NCBI GenBank assembly: GCA_038496445.1
Contig: JALMLS010000215.1
Span: 186,001-250,000, forward strand
Origin: Trichosphaerium sp. ATCC 40318
Lineage: Eukaryota > Protista > Tubulinea
Length of the DNA stretch: 64,000 nucleotides
Direction: 5' to 3'
The stretch's first letter is position 1; the number at the start of each line of letters is the position of its first letter. This document shows, piece after piece, positions 36,701 through 49,740 of the stretch. Position numbers and translations under genes: made by a program. Under the pieces are notes generated by a model. It did no database searches, was not told where the DNA came from, and saw only the letters and a program-made list of their open reading frames with translations.

Positions 36701-39700
36701 CTCTATGTTGTTCTCTTTTACATTGCAACTTTTACCATCCCTTGTATCTTTTGTGTCAATGCTTAATTGTTGATGCTCAGTATTGATATTGTCTTTGTAA
36801 ATATCTTTATCAAACAATTTGAAATCGCCTTTCTTCATTAATGCGGTAATAGAGGCTGTGAGCTCTTCTAGCGTAGCATCAGACGCTAATGATAACTTGT
36901 TGTCGCTTGCCCATAATTGTCGTTCATCACCTACTCAGCACATTAAGACAACTTATGTAACATGCAATTACCAGTAAAGTATTCAAACAAAGCTGCTTGG
37001 TTTAGTTCTTGTGGGTTTTGCTCTTGATTTGCAGGTATTTGATCATCCTGCAATTCTCTTATTACAATTAACAAAATATTTGCATTCATTATATGTTATC
37101 ATACCGATAATTTGTAGAGTATTCTTCTTCATCAAAATCTGATAAATCATCTTTATCTACTGAAGAGACTACTGTAGGCTTCTTTGCTTTTTTGTACTTT
37201 TTCTTTTTTTGTGGTACAACTTTGATTGGGTTTTGTTCTTGATTTGCAGGTATTTGATCATCCCACAATTCTCTTATTACAATTAACAAAAGATTTGCAT
37301 TCATTATATGTTATCATACCGATAATTTGCAAAGTATTCTTCTTCATCAAAATCTGATAAATCATCTTTATCTACTGAAGAGACTACTGTAGACTTCTTT
37401 ACTCTGGGCCTTTTCCTTTGTTTGCATATGTATACAACTTTGATTAAATAACGTGCAACAGTTTGAATATCTATTTACCATATAAGTTTTAAATCAACTT
37501 GAGCTTGCACAAACCTTGTGAAACAACCAGCTCGTCATACTCGACTTTTCTTTTGTTTTGCAAATTTACAGGGCTGCCCATTTTGTCCACCACCACATAA
37601 TGGCTTTGGTATCCTGGTTTAATGCACTTACCAGCCAAGTTGGTTTCATCTCTTGGATTTTCTGTTGTCTAATACAGTAAGTAGATAAAACAAATGATGT
37701 CTTTGTACAGGATATACATTGCCAGGAGTTACGAGGGACAAGATAAGTGTTTTTTTGTTCCTTAGTGAAGCGTCATATGAACAAGCATATTGAATACTAT
37801 TCTATGTAAAAACAATAAACAACAATTAAACCATGTGTGCTGTACTGTAAAGTAGATGCCTTGACCGTAGTATCCAACATCGGAGATACTTACAGTTCCA
37901 AATCCGGCCTTTACTATAGTTTGAGATGCTGCTTCAGTTGTTCCATGGGCCATTAATACAACAGGCATCTAAACAAAAAATATATTTTTAAGTACAAGGT
38001 GGACATACTTAAATAAATACCTGCTCTGAATTGCTACTTCAGTAGTAAAATAAAAATGGGAATTTTTAAGTAATCCACCCTGTTTTCCTATGGGAAAAGT
38101 AGACGGAAAAACTCTTCCTTAATTCCCATTGAATTTATATGAAATTCCGTAAGTATTACTCATAGAATTCTTAGAGTATTACTTTTGGAATTGCATATGT
38201 ATTTTATATAGAATTCTCTATGTATTCTTTATAGCATTTCTTAATGTATTTTTTGTAGATTTCAATAAAAAATACTTTATAAATTACACAAAATATTATT
38301 CGATACTTTGGTTCAGATTTAATGCAAAGTCATTTTATTTATTGATCATTACAAAATACAAACATTCTAAATAATACGTACAAGTTAAATACATCGTGTC
38401 TTCATAAACGAAAGAAGTAATTTGATCACATGCATTTTTAAGATCTCTTGTTGAATGATTTGTAGTTCTCTAAATTGGCTACTTTGTCGTTTTCATCGAG
38501 AAGATTTAGGGTTCTATAATGCGTTGGCTTTGAAATGACATTCTTTAATGGTGTAATAAGGCTGTTGCAATGCTTTAATCATCCTAAAACAGATAAGTAA
38601 GAGATATTTATGTTTAAGTGATTTTCCAAACCACCTAAAACGCGTTCTCTGTTACTTTTGGATTAACGCACTTTAACCTGTACCATTGGTTTTTGCACCT
38701 TTAATAATAGCATGTGGATATTGTTTGCTAAAAAACCTATGTACCTAAGGTGTCGATGGTTTTTTGCAAATATAAAACTAAACCCTAACCCTAACTTAAT
38801 TTGTACTTTCATAAACCTCAACCCTACAAAAAACCCTAACTAATGACATTGTTTTGCAATTTGTACATTAATTGTGATAGGGGACGATTTAAGTGACTAT
38901 TTGAGAATATTAGGTATAACAATGGTGCCATAAAAAAAAATAAAAATAAGAATTCTTCACAAATTACCTTAAAAATCCCTAAAACAAAGGAATTTAGTGG
39001 GATTTATATCCAAAACCCGTTTTCATTTTACCACTGTTAGACAACTACGATCAATCCAATTTTTTGCTATTTCTGCACATCTTTGTTGTTGTCCATCAAA
39101 CCTTGAACCTTTTGCATTAATGAAGCTAGCATATTGCCCAATCTTATCTTCACATTTTTCAACTTTAATCTTCAAGTACTGCTTCCAATGTTCGCTGTCT
39201 TTGTCAACAATGTTATCCTTTGTAATCCAATCATGCTTGTTTAGCAATGGAGAAATTTGTCTAAAAAGCAATTTAAAAACAATTGGTAAATGTTTGACAA
39301 GGAATTAAAATACTGTACTGATGTCTGTGTTTGATTATTTTGTTTGCCCTTCCAAAGCTGTCAGTCAATACATCGTTGCATACAAGGTGTGCTTCTACAA
39401 GCACATATCTATCATGACCATGCATTTTTGACATCTCTTGTTGAAGGATTTGTAGTTCTCTCTTGGCTACTTTGTCGTTTTCATCGAGAAGATTTAGGGT
39501 TCTATAATGCGTTGGCTTTGAAATGAAGCCTCTTTTGTTTACAATTAGGTATGAATCAATAACAAAACTACTCACATGTTGTAGGACCTGTCCCACATGT
39601 TGTGGGACCTGTCCCATCCATGTGCATAATGTAATCGTGGATTTAAATCCCATGCATTTTTGCTTTCTAACCCTTTGTAGCAAGTCAATCGTGTATAAAA

Positions 39701-41122
39701 GTTAAGGTGGCTTCTTACCTGCAGTAGTATGTCCAGGACCTGCATTTACAAAGAAAGGGATGATAGTGTGTTTGCAATTTGTACATTCACATTGTTTTGA
39801 TAGGGGACTGATTTTAAGTGACTATTTGAGAATATTAGGTATAACAATGGTAGCAATAAAGATAGTACATGAGTTTCATCATGGTGTACAGAACATGCGT
39901 TGCATAGTATCAATTTACATATGCGGCAATATAAATCTAGAACAAATTTAACATATTTGTAGTTGACATGAACACGTACTATGAAATGGTAGTTTGTTCT
40001 TGAGAGATCTTGTACACCATCCTTCTTCCACACACAGTTCATAAGCAGAAGCCTCTTTTACATTGCTCCAAATATCATCAGGTAAGTCATACAAGATTCC
40101 TTGCATTAACTCTCCTTGACTTGACCAGAAATCCTTGGTTTTAAAGTTAGGTAGATCATTGACAATTGTAATGTTTAAAATATGAGTGGTACCGGAGATT
40201 GGACAAAGATGTGATTGTATGTACAAATTAAATGATAGATCCCTTTTTGCATTGCAATATCAAAGTACGAACGTGTTGGCTTTGTATGTGACTTAGCAAT
40301 AGGATTTACAATTGAATGAACATACCAAGGACTGTAACCATCTTGCAAGATCAACTCGCCAAAGTTTCTGTTTTTCATCATGTGCACATGATAACCAAAG
40401 TGAGCGGGATTGTTGCCTGTATGGAGAATGCAGCAATAACACTGGAAATATCTCAACAAATACAGGGTCATTGTAAACCACTTTTGTAAAGATCATCTTG
40501 AAAAAGTCTCGCCATATCTCCTTTGACAGAGAAATCACTCCACATGCGTTTAATAAAGTGAGAATAATCGAAGTGTGTCCTTTGTGTGCTGAAGCAGATT
40601 AAGTCACAGATAATTTTGTACAAGAAGTACCCGCTATTAGTAAGGCAGTCCATCCGTAGTAATCGACAATTTCTATATTAGTTGATTTGAGAAGGGTTTT
40701 GACAACATTTTGGTGCCCATAGCACGCTAACATGAATTGTATGAGTTACACAAACCACTACATTCTGTATTTTTATATTACCTGCGCAATGCATAGCAGT
40801 CCATCCATATTTGTCACCAACTTCAACATCAGCAACCTTTGATTTTAGTAAGGTTCTAACTATATCAACATATCCATATCGCACTTAGGTAGTCAGTAGA
40901 TTTGTTGGTATAATTTTTGTAGTGACAGTACCTGCGACATGTAATGGCGTCCTCCCTTTTTTATCAACAGCCACGTGTACATCTATCTTTGCTTCAATTA
41001 GTGTTTTGATAATCTCGCTGTGTCCATAGCGTGCTTGAATTGGTTTAGTAGTTACGTATTTGTAGTAATTGCGGACCTGCATACAAAGTCACAAGATTGG
41101 CAACACTCGCTTCCGTTGACAT
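36701..41122 (-). CDS. Module B: ankyrin, B-box-like, PARP-like ART; interrupted by a scrambled block (~38075-39000) and apparently fused in frame to module A
   Basis: ATG at 41122 (MSTEASVANLVTLYA|ARYGHSE). Sequence is highly similar to module A. ART exons at 37514-37968 read AHGTT..GYYGQGIYFT..YDELVVSQ. Confidence 0.7.
37022..37400. repeat. Tandem duplication (~215-bp period) of an exon-intron-exon unit in the acidic linker
   Basis: Two near-identical copies encode TVVSSVDKDDLSDFDEEEY..NYR|EL.DDQIPANQEQNP. Confidence 0.85.
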
Positions 41123-41259
41123 TCTATGTTGCGTCTAACTCTATTTTCGTTAATATAGTACGCGAGTTGTGTGTTTGGCTGGTACCTTCAGTTTTTTGAC
41201 TTGTTAAACGGTTTCCTTACCTTGCGGTTTTTCACAAGGCGTTGTCCGCCGTGTGGTGC

Positions 41260-41569
41260 CTGTATAATAGCGCTTAAGGGAGATGTGAATCGAACCGCGT
41301 TGTGTTACAGCTTTATTTCTGGTTTATGTAAAAAAAGAGATATGACGCATTGTACGTTAGAACTACAGCAATGCTTCAATTTATTCACTGTGGCATATCT
41401 TGTACGTATAATTCTTTCACGCAGGGTACAAGTTAAAAGGTTATGCGTCTTATCTCTAAAAAAAAATGTTATGTTAATATTAACGAATCACGTGCCTTTT
41501 TCTCTTTTTTTACATAAGCTGTAACACAACGCGGTTCGATTCACATCTCCCTTAAGCGCTATTATACAG
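41260..41569. promoter_or_regulatory. Palindromic divergent promoter region: perfect 54-bp inverted repeat containing a Pol III B-box-like motif
   Basis: 41260-41313 is the exact reverse complement of 41516-41569. Each arm carries GGTTCGATTC. Weaker symmetry continues inside and outside the arms. Confidence 0.8.
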
Positions 41570-41591
41570 TCACAACACAGACGACAGTGCC

Positions 41592-44278
41592 ATGGAACCA
41601 CTAGGCAAGTAAATCTAGCATAAAACAACTTTTACTTGCGTCATTTTAACTAGTTCCCGTGTAGATGAACTTCCCAGTGATACAAACGTTGATGAAGATG
41701 ACTGGACTGCTTTACATCATGCAGGTACACCAATACTTTAATTACGGTGTATGATAGTAAGGGACCTTTCTTAGCATGTGATGGACGCAATAGGGATGTT
41801 AGAGCCTTACTTAAAACAAATATAGATATCAACGCCGTTGACAAAGACGGGTGGACCGCCATACAAATTGCAGGTACTCCCGCTGTGAATTGTAAATAAG
41901 ACCAAACAATGTTTTTCAGCATACAAAGGATACACTTCGATTATTCGCACTGTGTTGAATGCATGTGGAGTGATTTCTCCATCAAAGAAAGTGTGGTGTG
42001 ATTTTTTCAAGATGGTGTGTACAAAAGTGGTTTACAACAACGATGCATTTGTTGAGATATTTCCAGAGCTATTACGACATACTCCAAACGGCCAACAGTC
42101 CCGTTCACTTTGGTTATCATGTGCACATGATGAAAAACAGAAACATTGGCGAGTTGATCTTGCGAGGTGGTTACAGTCCTTGGTATGTTCATTCAATTGT
42201 AAATCCTATTGCTAAATCACATACAAAGCCAACACGTTCGTACTTTGATATTGCAATGCAAAAAGGGATCTATCATTTAATTTGTACATACAATCGCATC
42301 TTTGTCCAATCTCCGGTACCATTCATATTTTAAGCATTACAATTGCCAATGATCTATCTAACTTTAAAACCAAGGATTTCTGGTCAAGTCAAGGAGAGTT
42401 AATGCAAGGAATCTTGTATGACTTACCTGATGATATTTGGAGTAATGTAAAAGAGGCTTCTGCTTCCGAACTGTGTGTGGAAGAAGGATGGTGTACAAGA
42501 TCTCTAAAGAACAACTTGCCATTTGATAGTACGTTCACAATCCTACAAACGTATTAAGTTTGTATAGATGTAAAGTGTCGTATATGTAGCTCAACACTAT
42601 GTAGAGCATGTGCTAAAGAACATGATCGTTCACATGTACTACATTTTATTGTCTTTACAACCTTCTAATATTGTACACAGATACAAACACATAGTAAAAA
42701 ATCAAATCAGCATTGTAAATGCCAAGATAACAAACGTCAGATAAAACCATTTATGGCTAACTTAAATCCAAGTACTACAACTGAAGGTAACCTTTAGTTT
42801 AACTCTGTTCATACTTATACAGTGACAATAGGATTGAAAACCGTCAACCCTTGGAACTTGAACCCGCGATTACATTACGCACACAGCTGGGATAGATCTA
42901 ACAATATGTGAGTTTGTATCAGCAATGATTTGCTAATTAGTTTAAAATAGTGAGGTTGTTTCAAAGGCAACACATTATAGAAAATTAAATCTTCTCGATA
43001 AAAACGACAAAGTAGCCAAGAGAGAACTACAAATCCTTCAACAAGAGATGTCAAAAATGCATGGCTATGATAAGTACAAGCTTGTAGAGGCATATCTTGT
43101 TTGCAATGATGTCTTAAATCATAATTTTGGACAGGCGAATAAAATACTCACACACAGACATCAGTACGTAGACATTCTATATTTATTGTAAACACGTGTT
43201 TTCTAAAAATAAAATTAGAGCACTACCCAAATTGTTTAAAAAACACGATTGGGAAGGCAATAAACAGAGGGAGAGTATTATCAATAGGTTTTTTGATGTC
43301 ACTGAACAAAATTCTCCATGTGCTGCCACCAGTAAAAGCTCTGATAGGGTAATAGTCTGTAGCATTTAATCGCTCTAAACCAGTCTAGTTACCAGTCGTA
43401 TTGATGGTACATGGTACAACAGAAGCAGCAGCGTTTAGCATTGTACAGGCCGGATTTGGAACCGTTAGTTCTACAGATGCTGGTTTCTATGGTCAAGGCA
43501 TCTACTTTACTGTACGGCATAGTATGTTGATGCCCTGTTTAATTGCCCTATTAGCGAAGCATAAAATATGCTTGTTTCTACGATAAATCTCCAAAAAAGG
43601 AAAAAACACTTGTACTTACTCTTGTCACTCCTGGTAATGCTTACCCAGTACGAATGGACTCTTGTTGTTTGATTTAAATTGTTTCAAGGTTTTAGAAGAC
43701 CCTCATAATACAGAAATACTAAACTATAATGGAAGGCCAATAAATCCAGGATATCAAAGCCACTATGTGCTAGTAAATGGTAAGGGAAAACCAATTGAAA
43801 AAGATAAAGTTGACCAAGCAGTATTTGATGAATTGGTTGTAGCACAAGGTACAATCAAACAACAAACAAATCTTACTTGATTTAATGCACTAACAAAGAC
43901 TTAACTAGATGTCCAAGCTGTTGCCCGTTATGTAATAAAAGTTGAACATATTGGTAAAAAAAGACAAAAGACGAAAAGCAATAAAACCAAACATAAATCT
44001 TCAAAATCGAAAGCCGATGAAGAATCTGATGATGAATGTGATGATGACCTTTCTGATGAGGTTATTGTGAGGTAAGAGCGCCTAATATATTCTATGGTTT
44101 TAACTCTTATTATCAAAGAAAACTATGGGCAGCTTCTGATAATAACCAATCTGACACAGAGCCAAGTAGTCTTAACTCTATGCAAAAATTGAAGCTTGAA
44201 GTTGATAGCTTGAAGCGAAAAAATGCCGATTTACAAAAAAAAATAGCCCTGCTCGAAAACAAAAGGAATAACCAATAG
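41592..44278 (+). CDS. Module C: ankyrin, B-box-like, PARP-like ART, coiled coil (inverted paralog)
   Basis: MEPLGN|SRVDE..DWTALHHA; DKDGWTAIQIA; CRICSSTLCRACAKEHDRSH; VHGTT..GFYGQGIYFT..YQSHY..FDELVVAQ. Coiled-coil C-terminus ends at TAG 44278. Confidence 0.85.
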
Positions 44279-44455
44279 CAGTCTGATACTTATACATTGC
44301 TGTAAACTAGTAAAATAACAACGAATGCCTTATCAAGTTTCTATTTGCCTAAAGGTAATTCTTTTTTTTCTTGAACGTTGTCTCTTTGTTTCAGATAACA
44401 AAAAAGTAAAACCAAAAAAAGAGGTTTCCCATTTTTTCAACTTTATGTATACTTA

Positions 44456-46870
44456 TCTAAGAAGGCACATTGTAACTATTGACATGTTGATAACACCAGT
44501 TGTAAGCCTCAGTGGTAGATGTTGTTGCTTTAGAGATAGCCAGTAAAGGATAAATACAGCCAGTTGGTGGATATGCTTTATAAAGTGACATACCAAATAC
44601 AGATGAAGTGCTCAGTTATGACACATCAATTTTAAGTGCATAAAGAGAAGGCGCTTCAGTTGTGAGTGCTTCAGGTGTAGGTACATCAAGTGAAGGCGCT
44701 TCAGTTGTAGATAGTCAAAGAAGCTGTAGCGGCGCTGTTGGAGCTATCACATTGGTTGAAGCAGTTGTCAGTCGAGCTTCAGCTGTAAAACTGTTTGTAG
44801 TTGGCACATCAGTAATTGAAGCATTTGTAGTAGGAGAGGTAGGTGGTTGAGTTGTTGGTGGTTAAAAACCTTGATCTATGGAAAGGTCAAGATACATTCG
44901 TTTCTAACAGATCAATTAATCTGTAAGTCAAAGTTGTTTTCTCCTTTTATTAACTTTGTTTCTACTTAGCTGTAAAATGCATTCCTGTCTTTTTTATTTG
45001 TATGGGACAATCATGTATGAGTGCCAGTACAAGTCATAACAATCTTCACCTAAGAAGTACCACAAAACAAAATGTACAAGGTTATTGTTCTACTTGTAAA
45101 GCATCTTAAAGCCTGCTCACAGTTTTAGTTTTAGGATCCTACATGTACCAAGGCAACTCCAACTTACTCCACAAGGTAAAGTAGTTTTTTAGTGCTCAAA
45201 AAATGCACGTGTGTCTATGAAAACCTGAGTGGAGAAATTATTTTTATTGTCGGATTCTATGCACTCATACATGTCACATTGGTGTGCAAAGAATCAGTGT
45301 CAAAATCGGTCCGGTAAGCCAGAAATTTTGACTTTTTTGTCGATTTTTTGCTTCAAAAACGAAGAACTTTTACCTCGCAGTTGGTACGAAAAAATTTCCA
45401 GAAAAAAATAAGAAAGGTAACATTTATGGCAACCACGGTCAAGTTCAGCTCTGATTTTTTACGCAATACACCAACATGTTAATGCACGTATTTTCTATTT
45501 TTTTGAATGAACCGCGAGGTAAAAGTTCTTCGTTTTTGAAGCAAAAAATCGACAAAAAAGTCAAAATTTCTGGCTTACCGGACCGATTTTGACACTGATT
45601 CTTTGCACACCAATGCGACATGTATGAGTGCATAGAATCCGACAATAAAAATAATTTTTCTGCTCCAGTTTTCATAAATGCACGTGTTTCACAAAGACAC
45701 AACCAAAACCTGTAGATGTTCTTGCTGATCGATGGTATAGCGCTGGAATGTCATTAGAAAAGTACTTTTTTATTTTTTTTTGTACCTTTTTAGTGGCTGT
45801 TGATACTGTTGTGGTCTGGCTTGCCAAGTGCAGGACATGTTTCAGATAAAATAAACGTTTGGAGTTTAAAAAATACTAGTAACAACATAGTGGACCTAAA
45901 AATAATCTGTCACTGCATGGCAACTCCTCGAGGATAGTACTTTTAGATTCAAATAACGCCATGTTATTCGTTGCAAGTTTACAAAAAAACAACACGATAA
46001 ATCCAACACCTGTACATGACGGGCATTCAAGATAAGCCGTAAAGAGCTGTAGGGTTTATGTGAGGCAATGGTAATGTGTAAATAATTGCATACTTACTGT
46101 CAAGCTTTTGATTGTGCAAGGCGGTGTAGGATCTATTACACCATTGTGGCCTTCAATTTCTAAAATGGTACCTTCATCCTAATAAGAGAGTGTGATGTAC
46201 ATCTTCAGCATCAATACATTTTTTGAAAATAATGAAAAAAAAAATCCCTTGTAAGAGTAATACAGTATGTCGTCATTTGAACCAAATGCCATAAACCGAG
46301 GATCAGGAATAGTATCATTGTCAAAACTCTCAGTATTAGAAATACCACAGCTTTTCTCATTGGCGTCTCATCAAACTTAGTGAGCTCTGCTAGTGTGAGG
46401 AGTACTGTGCTATCATAAAAATCAACAAAGGGCCACAAGCCGATCAAAACAAACCTCAAAATTCATCGTGGTGCTCTTTGGGAAGTACAACTTGACCCTA
46501 AAGAATAAATAACTAGAACGTATTTGTGTTTGTATACGCACCTCATATTGTAGAGTAAAGTTCAAGCGACTTAGTCCTTTTATTGAAGTTAGACTTGCTC
46601 GGTGACCACTGTTAGAGCTCGTAGCACGTGGAACGATTCATAAATCCTGCGAACTTATGCGCTCTGTGCTCTCCCAGATATTTATCAGATGCATCACCTC
46701 TATCATAAACACGAAGTTTTATCTCTTCGCTGGAGAAGGGATCGAACTGAAAAAGGGTTTACCTTTATCTCGAAAAAAAAGAAAACTTGCACTTTTGACT
46801 TTCTGAACCTACCATCACACAAAGGACTTCCATAAGGATACATCAATAGGCTAGCTGGTATTTGTATACG
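44456..46870 (-). pseudogene. Probably decayed multi-exon gene with Pro/Thr-rich mucin-like C-terminal region
   Basis: PPTTQPPTSPTTNASITDVPTT..TTEAPS repeats with in-frame stops. Upstream exon-like segments also carry stops. Boundaries are approximate. Confidence 0.35.
45205..45688. mobile_element. Foldback/MITE-like long inverted repeat
   Basis: 45235-45378 and 45514-45657 are 144-bp arms with about one mismatch. Degenerate extension reaches a CACGTG at each outer end. Confidence 0.75.
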
Positions 46871-47677
46871 AACGCACAACTGGTAAAATTACCAATCTTT
46901 CTATAACTTGTATTAGCTCTCGAATAGCGTAAGAAATAAAGCAAAGTACGTAATTATTTAGCGGTTTGGTGAGTATTTCATTTGAAAGCTGTTAGCTTAT
47001 TTTTCAAAAATTCATAATTGTCTCTCGGCTACACCAACGTTATCCACATGCGTAAGCGATGTAGAAAAGAGCATTAAAACCATTTCATAAATTTGGAAAA
47101 AGGTTTTTTTTTGTGAACCTCTTGCTTACAAAGCATCCCAAACGCTTTTATTCGCCCAAATACATAGAAGTTGTCTTTGCCAAATATTTGGCAGCTTTTT
47201 TTTTCAAGTCAGTCAAGTTAACGGATAAAGATGTTGCCGGGTTTCCTTTCTGAGCATAGTAAAAAAAAACACTGAGCGTTATCTTGACGTGACTTGACTC
47301 TAAATGGGTAATAAATTGCGTTGTATGTATGAGAAAATGAAAAACTGTATTTATTATTATATTTCCCAATATACTCTATGCCACGCCCATTTTATTGGAT
47401 GTTGTGTGGTAGTATCTGCAACCAATTCTTCAAACGGTTCTTCATATTCAGGGTCATATTCAATGAACTTGAGAGTGCTACCCTGGTTGGTACTCATGAA
47501 TGCGTCATGTGTTGTCAAGAGATTTGTTGTAAAAAAGTTGAAAAAACATTTGTGTTGTCCTCACCAAAAATTTCCATTTTTTCATTTTAATGCCTTGAGG
47601 AGATTGCAAATGACCATAAAAAAACAAGACAGATATTATAATATTCCAAAACAAAGTAGTGAAGAGCAAAGTTTAGT

Positions 47678-49609
47678 TTACTCTGCTTTTACTTGTTTTT
47701 TTATCTTCATTGATCTAGACATAAAATACAAAGCGACCGATATAATGGCGCACAATACGGATGGTGAAGAAAGTCCAGCTGTATCCAAAAGAACACCACT
47801 AGCAGTAGGAGCGAGAATCCTGTAAAGAAAAAAAAATCAAAAAACGCAAATACAAAACAAAGCTTAGCAGCCGCGTATGGTTCCTTGGGTCCGGAAAAGA
47901 TGGAACAAATAGAAAAATGATGTACCTCGTAAGTGATCCTAATGCTGCAGATACACCCAATGTACCACCAACCTCATGCGCTTCAACCTCCTTTATAACA
48001 ATAAGTAAAAAATAAATAAAAATATCATGTGCTAAGTCACGTGCATTTGATACTTTAGCTGTAATGATTGTAAATACAACTCCACTTAATACACCCAAAG
48101 GAATTAATACAATGACATGTTGCCATAATGCAAACGTGATACCCGAAAAGATATAACTAACAGCGAGAAGAGCAAAACTATCCTATACGAACAAAGCTTG
48201 TCAGAAAAAAAAAATGAAAGAAATATTTGGTTTTTTTTTTCTTCTGTAGTGAACGTACCGCAAGTAAGTTGCTATTCTCGAACCGCTTTGTGATTCGACG
48301 GAAACCTCCCATTGAAATAGAGTACACAAGACCAAAAAAAGTTAGCAGTAAGCTGCTTTCCATTCTGTTAAGGTTAAGTCTTCCTATTTTTATATCATTA
48401 GTTTAAGTTCACTTACCCCGTTTCTGTACCTTTGTTGTAGAACCCAAATGATGTTTCAAACGCTGTAAAATTGAATCCACTCAAGAATCGCATTATTAAG
48501 AAGAAACCTACAAGCAAGGATTACGAAAAAAAAAATATCTAAGTGTTGGACTGTGACGCATTTAACGCTCCTAAATCGCCAACGAAGCCTCTATTAATAT
48601 CATACTATTGCGTACCTAGCGTTTTATCTTGTAGACATTTATATAATCCTCCAAAAGAAGGTAACACAGATCTTTGACCTGATTTTTCTCGTTTCTCAGG
48701 AGGTAATGACTCTGGAAGGAAGAAAAGTACTCTAAAATTAAATATGATTAATAAATACGCACACAAACTAAAAGAAGAGGCTGTGAGTAAAATTTTAGCG
48801 AACAAAAAAAAGTAATACAGCATTATAGAACTGTCTAAAGTCAGTGAGATTGCTCAAACAAAAAAAAATTTCGAAAAAAAAAATGTGACACGTGGCCATC
48901 CGAGAACTTAATGTCTCCGCACCCAAAGAAGTTTATAACACATAGAACAGCAGCTAGATAAGACGGTACGCTCATACCATATCGTGAAAGCGTTCCTCCA
49001 ATAGCGGGACCTACCGTGAACCCGAGACTAAACATTGGTGTCAGTTAACGCAAGAAAAGGTTGAATTGATCGCAACCGGATAAAAAAAACCCGCTGAGAT
49101 TTTGGTGATGTCAAATGTCGACTGCTTCTCTTTACAGTATTTTTTTTATAACGTTAACGCACCCAAACATTGCGCCTATGAGTCCCATACCTCTTTCGCG
49201 TTGTTCTGGCGATGTTATGTCTATTTCGTGTTAGGATGTCGTAAAATGTAATCGATATGCTACCTGCAATATACGACTGCGCAAGGGATATGTTACCGCC
49301 TAGAAGGCCGTCCAAAATTCTACTTAAAAATAACATCCAAATGGTGTCAGCCCGCGCCAGGAGTACAAATGATGTAAAGGTTCCAGCGACACAGACTAAT
49401 AGAAGTGGTCTACGGCCAAACTTATCACTTAGTGCACCAATCACTGGTACTGCGAAGAGTTGGGCCAACGCATTGCTCGCTTGAAGTAACCCAACCATCG
49501 TAGGGCTCATTCCGAGCTCTTTGGTGAAGTAAGGGAAGAGTGGGAGTACAAGGCTAAAGCCAAGCACGTCTACTAATACAAACAGCAATAGTAGTGGCCA
49601 TGGACTCAT
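47678..49609 (-). CDS. MFS transporter, TetA/DHA1-like (MFSD9/10-like)
   Basis: Motif A GALSDKFGRRPLLL, SRILDGLLGGNISLAQSYIA, and motif C GFTVGPAIGG. Ends KQVKAE*. Confidence 0.92.
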
Positions 49610-49740
49610 CGGGAGAAGCGTTTACAGCCAAGAAGGCGATTTTTGTTAAATAATCTCTTCAACGTGAAAAACCGCTAAAAAACCAACTTTACGTCAAGAT
49701 GGTTCCTGCTTTTAAATCTTGATCTTCTCCAAGTACTTGA

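Noticed and set aside
38776-38842. True telomere or telomerase RNA template
   Set aside because: Only a few degenerate CCCTAA units, internal to a scrambled block.
45229-45702. Two near-identical 60-85 aa ORFs on opposite strands
   Set aside because: They are a by-product of the inverted repeat, with no coding evidence.
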